The notes under the pieces were generated by a model. That model was not told the origin of the DNA. It worked only from the letters and a program-made list of their open reading frames with translations, and searched no databases. Positions 55,479 to 63,648 of a DNA stretch of 64,000 nucleotides are shown here, piece after piece (positions within the stretch are counted from its first letter, which is position 1; the number at the start of each line of letters is the position of its first letter). The translations under genes were made by a program, and so were the position numbers. The stretch is from a virus. Location of the stretch: positions 86,767-150,766 of the IMG/VR virus record IMGVR_UViG_3300048065_001187; one strand, given 5' to 3'.

Positions 55479-56099
55479 ATGAATTACTTCACAAATACAA
55501 ATATCCGTTGGAAAACATGGTCGCCCGAAAATGTTATCTTTAAAAGCAATCAATTAGTCAAGAAGGTTTTACCCTCTGAACATATTTTATCATGGAAGAG
55601 TAAAGGTGATCGTGACCAAAAAATGTGTGAACGCACAGGTCACAAGGTAACTCAACCAAGCCCTTATGCAAATGCAAAACCATATACATATTATACCAAA
55701 GAAAACTACAAAGGTGTTATGGTTCAATTAAAAGATGTAAAGGATGACTTTCCATCTGCTAATATTGACTTTATTGATTGGACAGAACGAAAAGATAGTG
55801 TTGACAACCTAAAAGGTCATCTCGATGTATTGGTTTATCTTAATTCTTTTCATAGTAATTTTACATGGGATAAATGTGCCACAACAGGTAATTGGATCAA
55901 GACAAGCACAGGCAAAACTGCTCCATTACGAGAAGGTTATCGTATGTGTTATGGTGGACAGGGTGATGCTAATGCTATGGATTTTGATGAATTCCATGAG
56001 GTGATTCAAATAACAGAAATGATCAGAGATTTTCTTGTTGATGTTGTCGTTCCCTCAAAGAATGGTGAATTAGTTGAAGAAGATTTATTAGTAGCATAA
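55479..56099 (+). CDS. Hypothetical early protein
   Basis: TTGACA-N17-TAGATT promoter (55418) and AAGGA RBS. Confidence 0.65.
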   Translation: MNYFTNTNIRWKTWSPENVIFKSNQLVKKVLPSEHILSWKSKGDRDQKMCERTGHKVTQPSPYANAKPYTYYTKENYKGVMVQLKDVKDDFPSANIDFIDWTERKDSVDNLKGHLDVLVYLNSFHSNFTWDKCATTGNWIKTSTGKTAPLREGYRMCYGGQGDANAMDFDEFHEVIQITEMIRDFLVDVVVPSKNGELVEEDLLVA

Positions 56100-56213
56100 T
56101 GCCAATTTATTATAGCGATGATGTATTATTATATGTTGGTGATCCAAAAGGTTTTCAAGATTACATAAAACAAGCAGAATTAAAAAAACTAGAAGAAGAC
56201 ACAACAAATTCTA

Positions 56214-56312
56214 ATGATGACTAATTTGCCCGAAATAGTACAAACAACAAGTTTACTCTTGGGTTTAGTTGCAGTAGTTGTTTTTCTTTTAATATTAGCA
56301 AGTCATGAATAG
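56214..56312 (+). CDS. 32-aa membrane micropeptide
   Basis: MMTNLPEIVQTTSLLLGLVAVVVFLLILASHE. Confidence 0.45.
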   Translation: MMTNLPEIVQTTSLLLGLVAVVVFLLILASHE

Positions 56313-56487
56313 AATCGTAATGGATGATTATGACGCAGGGTTTATGGATGCGGTAAAATTATTAGAGAAAAAATTAGACGTAATGATTGAAAAATACGAA
56401 GATATTTTAAAAAAATATGACTACATAGAAGAAGCAAGGGATGTACAATTACTTCTTGATGTAAAGAGAAAACTTTTTGACGAATAG
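56305..56487 (+). CDS. Hypothetical protein
   Basis: ORF track. Confidence 0.5.
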   Translation: MNRIVMDDYDAGFMDAVKLLEKKLDVMIEKYEDILKKYDYIEEARDVQLLLDVKRKLFDE

Positions 56488-56524
56488 TATTGACAGGGTT
56501 TGAGTTTTTGCTTAGTGTGTTGAG

Positions 56525-56740
56525 ATGAATTACTCGATAATAGAAGGGTGTATTAGGCAAAGTATGGATTTACCAATAAATAAATCAGAGATAATAGTAA
56601 AACAGAGAGGCAAATTATGGGTGATTAAATCCCATCATGCAGAAAATATTAATTTATTAACTCGCAGAAAAACTCTTGACAGGGTTGATCTTTTATGTTT
56701 AACTGATCTTGGTTTTAAAATTAAATACGAAAATAAATAA
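56525..56740 (+). CDS. Hypothetical protein
   Basis: TTGACA-N17-TAGTGT, 6 nt upstream. Confidence 0.5.
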   Translation: MNYSIIEGCIRQSMDLPINKSEIIVKQRGKLWVIKSHHAENINLLTRRKTLDRVDLLCLTDLGFKIKYENK

Positions 56741-56752
56741 GGAGAAAATATT

Positions 56753-57181
56753 ATGGGATTAGATATGTATGCTTATGCTCGTCCACCTCGCAAGAGAAAT
56801 AGTGACGAAGATGTCTCAATTTGCGATTGGAGAAAACATAATCGCTTGCAAGGTTGGATGGAAGACTTGTGGGAAGCTAAGGGTAGACCAAATTGGAAAC
56901 CATCTGAAGAAGAGAATGACTTTAGTGGTGATTTTAATTCTGTTGAGTTGCAATTAACTAGGGCAGACCTTTATGATTTGCAAGATGATATTGTAAATTT
57001 TAATTTGCCCGAATCAAATGGATTCTTTTGGGGTAGTGATTCTTATTTTTGGCATAATGAAGATGGTGAACCATATCCCGATAACGAATATTATTACAAA
57101 GAACAAGATTTAAATTTTGTGGCAGAAGCACATAAAATGCTTGACAAGGGTTATCGAGTATTTTATACTTGTTGGTACTAA
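56753..57181 (+). CDS. Phage protein of the MGLDMY...WRKHNxLxGW family
   Basis: MGLDMYAY, WRKHNRLQGWM, LPESNGFFWG and FYTCWY. AGGAG RBS. Confidence 0.75.
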   Translation: MGLDMYAYARPPRKRNSDEDVSICDWRKHNRLQGWMEDLWEAKGRPNWKPSEEENDFSGDFNSVELQLTRADLYDLQDDIVNFNLPESNGFFWGSDSYFWHNEDGEPYPDNEYYYKEQDLNFVAEAHKMLDKGYRVFYTCWY

Positions 57182-57495
57182 TGAAATATTTTACCTTAAC
57201 AATCTTACTTTTTGCAGGATGCAATCATTCTTCTAATCTTCAGCCCGAAGATACAAAAGTTTCTCGTTCAGTAGATATGCAAGAAGAAATAAATTATTTA
57301 CTATCCTTAGATGAAGCGTACAAAATGGAAGAAAAAATGTATTTAGAGGAAATAAGAAAAGCTCAACTAAATGATGATGAAATCGCATTTCAATTTTTCA
57401 TTAGAGAATACGCTAAAGTAAAAAGGTTAGATTTACCTGAATGGATCAAAAAAGAACCAAACTATGTTGAGGGTGGAGTAAATATAAAATATTAA
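57181..57495 (+). CDS. Lipoprotein, paralogue of 32839..33033
   Basis: LFAGC lipobox and shared YxxE(L/I)xxAxxNxDxxAxx(Y/F)FxxEYxK motif. Confidence 0.6.
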   Translation: MKYFTLTILLFAGCNHSSNLQPEDTKVSRSVDMQEEINYLLSLDEAYKMEEKMYLEEIRKAQLNDDEIAFQFFIREYAKVKRLDLPEWIKKEPNYVEGGVNIKY

Positions 57496-57629
57496 TTTTG
57501 GGTTCACCTCTTTCTGATCCTATTCCTACGGAACTACCCTGTCTGATCAACTAAAAAAGACTAGAAAGTAATTCGATTACTACTATATCGGAGTTAGTCA
57601 TGGATACTCTCCATGCAAATATTTAAACT

Positions 57630-57890
57630 ATGAAAATAAAATTAGGATTAAGAGGAAGTTCAGATGCGGTAAATCATATTTTAATAAAAATAGATGATCT
57701 TACTTTAATGACTACTGAAAATTTATTTCTTGCGGGGGAAGAGTATAGAAATAAAACAGGAAAAAATATTGTGGAATTATTAGATTGTTTATCCAAAGAT
57801 CATGAAATATTAATTAAAGAAAATATAGCAAAGGAAGCAGAAAGAGAATTAGGGTTAAAAAACGGAGAATTACAAAAATATTCAAAATAG
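57630..57890 (+). CDS. Hypothetical protein
   Basis: ORF track. Confidence 0.5.
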   Translation: MKIKLGLRGSSDAVNHILIKIDDLTLMTTENLFLAGEEYRNKTGKNIVELLDCLSKDHEILIKENIAKEAERELGLKNGELQKYSK

Positions 57891-57928
57891 TATTGACACA
57901 CAATCAAAACTAATCTAATTTACAAACC

Positions 57929-58162
57929 ATGAATACCGCACAAGCATTTATAGATAGTATTAACCAATCAATCGCCAATGCCGAGAAGATAGCAAACTCG
58001 ATCCCCAAGAAGGGTCTTAATGTTTATCTCGACAAATCAACTATGGTCATGCAAACATTCAATGATCCTAGTGCGTTTGCTCATGCCAAGAAAGTTACTG
58101 CAAGAGCAGGGCAATCAAGTTGTCTTCGCAATGTATTAGATGCAGGGGGAAGATTGCAATAA
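57929..58162 (+). CDS. Hypothetical protein
   Basis: TTGACA-N17-TAATTT, 7 nt upstream. Confidence 0.55.
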   Translation: MNTAQAFIDSINQSIANAEKIANSIPKKGLNVYLDKSTMVMQTFNDPSAFAHAKKVTARAGQSSCLRNVLDAGGRLQ

Positions 58163-58272
58163 AGCATGATAAAAGATGCAGAACAATAGTTTTGACACTC
58201 AAATACAAAGTTTTTACCCAAAACACATCAAAATGCTTGACATATCATGCAAATTAACCTAGTTTCAAAAAT

Positions 58273-58536
58273 ATGAAACAACCAATATACGATGGCACAA
58301 ATGAAGATGAGTGCGAATATTACGACAATGTAATCATGGAATTACCAACATACGAAGAATATATAAAAGATATGTCATTAGTAGATCAAATAAAATTCTA
58401 TTTTGATGTTGACATTGATAACTATTTAGGTGATCCTTGGGAAATACTCGCAGAATGTGCAGTTGATCCACATTGGCTAAGTGAGTTTAAAGTTAATTTT
58501 AAAGAATATCTACAAGAAAGGGAATACATACAATGA
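58273..58536 (+). CDS. Acidic hypothetical protein
   Basis: TTGACA-N17-TAGTTT, 7 nt upstream. Confidence 0.55.
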   Translation: MKQPIYDGTNEDECEYYDNVIMELPTYEEYIKDMSLVDQIKFYFDVDIDNYLGDPWEILAECAVDPHWLSEFKVNFKEYLQEREYIQ

Positions 58537-58763
58537 AAGAATTAAAAGAAAAATTAAATAAAGTTATCTCCAAACAAGTTGAGATGGTAAACAAACATGG
58601 CTCAAATACTCTCTCTACTTGTGATCATTACAATTGGGATAAAGACATTTGGAATCATAGATATTCTATTGTTGACAAGCTAATTGATCTAGGTTTTAAT
58701 GTCGATACTCAAATGAATTGGGAAGTATTAGATATAACAATTACAAAGGAATTAAAACTATGA
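58533..58763 (+). CDS. Hypothetical protein
   Basis: ATGA-coupled. Confidence 0.5.
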   Translation: MKELKEKLNKVISKQVEMVNKHGSNTLSTCDHYNWDKDIWNHRYSIVDKLIDLGFNVDTQMNWEVLDITITKELKL

Positions 58764-58960
58764 AAGTAACAAATATTAGATATTTTAAAACAAACAAGGG
58801 GGTTGGTTATCAATGCAAAACTAACATTAAAGATGTAGAAATATGCAATGATGGCGCAGGTGGAGCAACTTATGTAGATGGAGATTTAAAAAAATTAATT
58901 AAAGAATATACTGAATGGGATTTAGAAGATTTAATTGATCAATACGAAAATAATTCTTGA
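58760..58960 (+). CDS. Phage hypothetical protein (NDGxGGAT motif)
   Basis: ATGA-coupled, with NDGAGGATY. Confidence 0.55.
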   Translation: MKVTNIRYFKTNKGVGYQCKTNIKDVEICNDGAGGATYVDGDLKKLIKEYTEWDLEDLIDQYENNS

Positions 58961-58991
58961 CACAATAATAAAAAGGAGATAAGGTACGAGT

Positions 58992-59165
58992 ATGAATATA
59001 AATCACATATACGAAGATAGTGCAATTGCAGATAAATTTTATTACGATAATTTCACAGGGACTTATTTCCTGCATGATGAGGAATGGGAAGAACCAATGG
59101 AATTTACTGAAGACGAATTAATTAACGAAGGAATTTATTTAAATGAATACTGCCAAAGAATATAA
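58992..59165 (+). CDS. 57-aa acidic protein (below track cutoff)
   Basis: MNINHIYEDS...EEWEEPMEFTEDEL. TTGACA-N17-TAAGGT, 6 nt upstream. Confidence 0.6.
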   Translation: MNINHIYEDSAIADKFYYDNFTGTYFLHDEEWEEPMEFTEDELINEGIYLNEYCQRI

Positions 59166-59361
59166 TATAGAAATAGGCTTGACTCCAAGCGACATTCAAG
59201 CTATTCTCGATGGAGAAATGTCAACGCTTCACTTTTTACCAACTGATGATACTGATTACAAAGATAAGATTAGCGTTCATCTTAAACCAATTAGTGAAGA
59301 TGCAACTTTATCAGAGCAAATGAATTTAGTTGTTGACACATGGAGTAAAAAAGAGTTATAG
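59143..59361 (+). CDS. Hypothetical protein
   Basis: ORF track. Confidence 0.5.
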   Translation: MNTAKEYNIEIGLTPSDIQAILDGEMSTLHFLPTDDTDYKDKISVHLKPISEDATLSEQMNLVVDTWSKKEL

Positions 59362-59382
59362 TATCGACATATTAATAACTAT

Positions 59383-59634
59383 ATGTTTACAAAAGGGAAA
59401 AATATCGACATGAATTACATAACAGAAAAAATCAGTTTTAATGTTCCACAAAATGGTGGAGATCAATATCGCTTGTATGAGTGTGTTGATCAAGTCGCAG
59501 ATTTAATTGATATGCATTTCGGTACTGCAATAGAAGATACAACTAACATTCACAATTTAATTGAAGAAGAAATTAAAGCAAGTAAACTTAGAGAAGTAAA
59601 ATATAATAGATTAGAAAATATAAATGGTGGGTAG
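59383..59634 (+). CDS. Hypothetical protein
   Basis: Promoter at 59333. Confidence 0.5.
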   Translation: MFTKGKNIDMNYITEKISFNVPQNGGDQYRLYECVDQVADLIDMHFGTAIEDTTNIHNLIEEEIKASKLREVKYNRLENINGG

Positions 59635-59637
59635 TAG

Positions 59638-59835
59638 ATGATTAAACAATTAGAAAACGCAGAAACTTTTAAAGAAATCTTTGATCTTTATGTGCAAGAG
59701 CTAGAGAAAACAGGAGAAAAAGTAACTTACAATAAATTTATAGTTAAAAATTCTCTTGACAATCTTGCCAACTTCTTAGATAATAGTCCACTTAGCGTAT
59801 CAACATGGGGAAAACTAGATAGAGAAAAAAGTTAA
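59638..59835 (+). CDS. Hypothetical protein
   Basis: ORF track. Confidence 0.45.
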   Translation: MIKQLENAETFKEIFDLYVQELEKTGEKVTYNKFIVKNSLDNLANFLDNSPLSVSTWGKLDREKS

Positions 59836-59907
59836 AAAAAGTGTTGACACAACTTAAACATCTGTCATACTGAAACCATATTTAATTAATCACACAAGGA
59901 AAACACA

Positions 59908-62211
59908 ATGATCATCACACAAAACAAATCCAAAGAAGTAGTAAGTTCACACGATTTCGAGCAAGTCAATTGCACAATTGATGCCGAAGATATGCGTTAT
60001 GTTGCTTCTCTTCTTCGTAACAACTATTCTAATACTCGTCTTGCAGTCGTTCGTGAGATTAGTGCCAATGCACTAGACGCCAATGCTGAAGCAGGAGTAA
60101 CTCGCCCAATCGAAATTAAGTTGCCAACTTCAATGAATCCAACATTTGCAGTTCGTGACTTCGGGGGTGGACTAAGTCAAGAAGATGTTTTCGGTCTTTA
60201 CTCTAAGTATGGCAAGTCAACCAAGCGCACATCCAACAATTATATTGGTGCTTTCGGTATCGGTAAATTTGCTCCACTTTCTTATGGTGACAACTTTACT
60301 TGCGTTTCTTTTCATAACGGACTAAAAACTTCTTACAATGTATTTGTCGATGAGAATGACGATACTAAGATCACAAAGTTGTTTGAAGAACCAAGCGATG
60401 AACCAACAGGTTTATCTATTGAAGTTGCAGTTTCAGAAGATGATCGTAAAGAGTTTAGAAATGTTGTGCAAAATTTCTTTCGTTTCTTTTCTGACTCTGA
60501 TATGCCAAAATTTCTCGGAGTTGAAGAAGACTTTATACAAACTCCTAAAAAAGTTTTATCAAGTAAAACTGATGAATGGTTCTTTGCGGAAGACGAGAAT
60601 CGTGGATATGGTTATAATTATTACTCTCATGTTCTTATGGGCAGAGTTGCTTACCCTATTGATCCAAATGCAATAAATGTAGAAAATTTTGTATCCAATG
60701 AAAGTTCTCGCAGAATAGTTCAACAACTTTTACAACAAAGTAATTTCTACTTTCGTGTTCCTCTTGGTTCAGTAAGATTGCATCATAGTCGTGAGTCGCT
60801 AGAATACAACAAAGCAACTCAAAAAGAAATTTGTGCGATTCTTTACAAAGTTAGTCAAGATATTCAAACTATTGCAAAAGAAAAACTTGCCGATAGTGAA
60901 GATTTATACGATGCAAAGAAAAACTACGCTCAAGTTGTTAATACTCTACCTTATCAAGTAAGAGGGGTATTCGAGAATAGTTTCGAGTGGAATGGTATCA
61001 GTATTACAGATTCCACATTTCAAAGAGATTATCAATTACAAGATGATCTAATTATTACTGATTACGAGAAAATTGAAGATAAAGATTCTCGCAATGGTTT
61101 CAAGGTAAAAGCCACTAAAACAAATCGCATTTATTGTCAAGACAATTATCTTGTGATGATTCAAGATGTTGATTCATCTCATGGTAACAATCTTAGAGTT
61201 CGCACATTGATGAATGGTTTACCTGACCTCAAAGGTGTTTATATTGTCCATGCAACATCCGAATGTGGTAAATCAGAAGTTTACGATAATTGGCAATTCG
61301 ATCTTGTTGACGCAAAACACAAGAGATATTCTTCTCAAGTAGAGAAGGAAAAGATTGTGCGCAACAAAGTTTCGGGTACAAGTCGTGCTTCTATTCCATT
61401 GTTCAAGATGAAGACTGACAAACCAAGTTATGCTTATCGCAATGCAGATTATTGGCAAAATGTCAATGAACCAATCAATTCACTTGAGCTAGACGAAGTT
61501 GAAGGTTCTGTCAATGGTAAAATCATTTATGTTCCAATCAAGAACTACAAAGTTGATAGTGAATCTTATGATCTTGACAGAGTTTACAAAATATGTAAAG
61601 GTATCCGCAAAAATGCTGAAGATAATTCAGACGAAAAAAATCTTCAATTATTCGGTGTTCGTGCAGGTGATGTAAAGAAATTGGATAAAAGCACATGGGT
61701 ATCATTCTTTGATTTTTATCTTGACTATTGCAAAAACATCATTCGCAAAAACAAGAAAGAATGTCAATCAGCATACAAGACAATTGAATTCCAAAAATCT
61801 TCTGATAATAACTTTAGTGAATATCGTTGGACTTATGGTCAATTGTTTACTAATGATTCGTTTGATATTTCTACGCTTGATGATAATCATTTATTTGCTC
61901 GTTGTGCAGAGAATTGGAATCTTCTCATGGAAGAGTCTACAACTGATCGTAAATTTAATGTTGCAATCAATGTAGTTAGTCTAGGTGATCAAGCATGGTT
62001 AGATGATGTATTGGATACAAAAGTTGATACTGAATCAGTTATGCAAGAGTTTAAATTACTTGATAAAAATTATCCTTTACTTAAAGTTGTCGGAAATCAG
62101 GTTAATTCTTGGGTAAATCTAAAGCAAGATAATGACAAGAATGTGACTAACCAAATTATTTTAGAATATATTTCCTTGTGTGATATGAAAGGGGGAGAGG
62201 GGAATGTGTGA
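59908..62211 (+). CDS. rIIA: rIIA-like protein (GHKL ATPase)
   Basis: YSN..AVVREISANALDA, RDFGGG, YGKSTK, IGAFGIG and SRESLEY. Adjacent rIIB. Confidence 0.88.
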   Translation: MIITQNKSKEVVSSHDFEQVNCTIDAEDMRYVASLLRNNYSNTRLAVVREISANALDANAEAGVTRPIEIKLPTSMNPTFAVRDFGGGLSQEDVFGLYSKYGKSTKRTSNNYIGAFGIGKFAPLSYGDNFTCVSFHNGLKTSYNVFVDENDDTKITKLFEEPSDEPTGLSIEVAVSEDDRKEFRNVVQNFFRFFSDSDMPKFLGVEEDFIQTPKKVLSSKTDEWFFAEDENRGYGYNYYSHVLMGRVAYPIDPNAINVENFVSNESSRRIVQQLLQQSNFYFRVPLGSVRLHHSRESLEYNKATQKEICAILYKVSQDIQTIAKEKLADSEDLYDAKKNYAQVVNTLPYQVRGVFENSFEWNGISITDSTFQRDYQLQDDLIITDYEKIEDKDSRNGFKVKATKTNRIYCQDNYLVMIQDVDSSHGNNLRVRTLMNGLPDLKGVYIVHATSECGKSEVYDNWQFDLVDAKHKRYSSQVEKEKIVRNKVSGTSRASIPLFKMKTDKPSYAYRNADYWQNVNEPINSLELDEVEGSVNGKIIYVPIKNYKVDSESYDLDRVYKICKGIRKNAEDNSDEKNLQLFGVRAGDVKKLDKSTWVSFFDFYLDYCKNIIRKNKKECQSAYKTIEFQKSSDNNFSEYRWTYGQLFTNDSFDISTLDDNHLFARCAENWNLLMEESTTDRKFNVAINVVSLGDQAWLDDVLDTKVDTESVMQEFKLLDKNYPLLKVVGNQVNSWVNLKQDNDKNVTNQIILEYISLCDMKGGEGNV

Positions 62212-62234
62212 TCCCCTCTCTCTCACATTTTTTT
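62191..62234 (+). terminator. Intrinsic terminator overlapping the rIIA stop
   Basis: GGGGGAGAGGGGA/TCCCCTCTCTCTC hairpin followed by a T-run. Confidence 0.65.
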
Positions 62235-62243
62235 AAAAAAGTA

Positions 62244-62272
62244 TTGACAGGTTATAGAAAACAGATTATAGT
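62244..62272 (+). promoter_or_regulatory. sigma70-type promoter for rIIB
   Basis: TTGACA-N17-TATAGT. Confidence 0.75.
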
Positions 62273-62305
62273 GACCATATTATTAATTACGAAATAAAAA
62301 ACAAA

Positions 62306-63412
62306 ATGAATCAAGTACCATATCAATTAACTGAAAATTCACTCACAATCTTTTGGGAAGGTAAACCTTATACCTTACGCAAAGATCATGTTAACTTCCA
62401 ACTTGCCAAGCAAGCTATTCTTGATGCTAGATACGATGATCTAGGTGATTTGCTCGATATTGCCAAAGCGGTTGAGAACTTTATCGAAGGTGACATTGAA
62501 GTCAAGGACGAAGTTGTTTACTACAAAGGTCATCGTTTGCACGGCGTCGTTGTAGATAAATTACTCGAAATGCTTCGTGCAGGAATGAAAGATTCTACTC
62601 CTCTCACCAATTTCATTACTCGCTTGCAGTCTAATCCAAGCGCAAATTCAGTAAATGAATTGTATGCTTTTATGAGTTATAAGTCTCTTGCCAATACTTC
62701 TGAAGGTAAAGTTTTGGGCTACAAAGGTGTACAATCTGATTATTGGAGTACAACAGGTAATGCCGATACAATTGTATTGCAAGGCGAAACCAATGATCGT
62801 CATCAAATTCTTAATGAAGTTGGCTCGACTATCGAAGTTGCTCGTAGATGCGTTGATGACAATAAGGATAATCATTGTTCTTTTGGTCTTCATGTTGGTT
62901 CATACGATTATGCTAATAATTGGGCAGGAGAGAATGGTAAATTGCTTGTTGTTGAGTTTGATCCTGCTGATGCAGTATCTGTACCAACTGATTGTGATTT
63001 TCAGAAACTTAGGGTATCTAAGTACAAGGTTATCTCTGATATTACCGATACTCGTAAAGAGTTAAATAAGCCTGTCTATGAGCCTAATAAGCCCATTTAT
63101 GGTTCAGATGATGATTTTGTAGATGAAGGCGTTTGGGATGATGATGATGATGAGGATTTTGATTATGTCGATCAAGAAAATGAAGATCACGATATGGATC
63201 AGACAGATAAAGACTTACATAATTCAATATCTAATTATATTACTAATAAGCACAACGATGGCTTGCATCCAACCTTAAAACATATCGCAGACCTTAGAGT
63301 TTGTAAAAATGAAAGCTTGACTTGCAAAGAAATTGCAAATATAGTTGAAGAATTAGGGTTTGAAGTTGAAGATAATGATGAAAGTCCCTTTTATTTATTA
63401 CGAGTATTTTAA
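62306..63412 (+). CDS. rIIB: rIIB-like protein
   Basis: NPS...ELY.F, GYKGV, CSFGLHVG, DPADAVSVP and KLRV motifs. Confidence 0.88.
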   Translation: MNQVPYQLTENSLTIFWEGKPYTLRKDHVNFQLAKQAILDARYDDLGDLLDIAKAVENFIEGDIEVKDEVVYYKGHRLHGVVVDKLLEMLRAGMKDSTPLTNFITRLQSNPSANSVNELYAFMSYKSLANTSEGKVLGYKGVQSDYWSTTGNADTIVLQGETNDRHQILNEVGSTIEVARRCVDDNKDNHCSFGLHVGSYDYANNWAGENGKLLVVEFDPADAVSVPTDCDFQKLRVSKYKVISDITDTRKELNKPVYEPNKPIYGSDDDFVDEGVWDDDDDEDFDYVDQENEDHDMDQTDKDLHNSISNYITNKHNDGLHPTLKHIADLRVCKNESLTCKEIANIVEELGFEVEDNDESPFYLLRVF

Positions 63413-63414
63413 TT

Positions 63415-63648
63415 ATGGAATATAATATTGAAAAAAGAATTATTGATGTAGCACTAGAACTTAAATCTACAAGTGAAGTTGTTGGTGAAGAAATGAGAAA
63501 GTTTCAAGAAACTAATCCAACGCAAGAAGAGATGGAGAAAAGAATGCCCGAAATCATGAAACCTAATCAAGATATTGCCACAAAGTTATTTTCTTTACTA
63601 GATGAATATGAGTTTATCAATGGTTCATCCGATAAGGTAAATGGATAA
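63415..63648 (+). CDS. Hypothetical protein
   Basis: ORF track. Confidence 0.5.
   Translation: MEYNIEKRIIDVALELKSTSEVVGEEMRKFQETNPTQEEMEKRMPEIMKPNQDIATKLFSLLDEYEFINGSSDKVNG

Noticed and set aside
56753-57181. Phosphoglycerate kinase label often attached to this family
   Set aside because: 142 aa with no PGK motifs, so treated as a conserved phage hypothetical protein.
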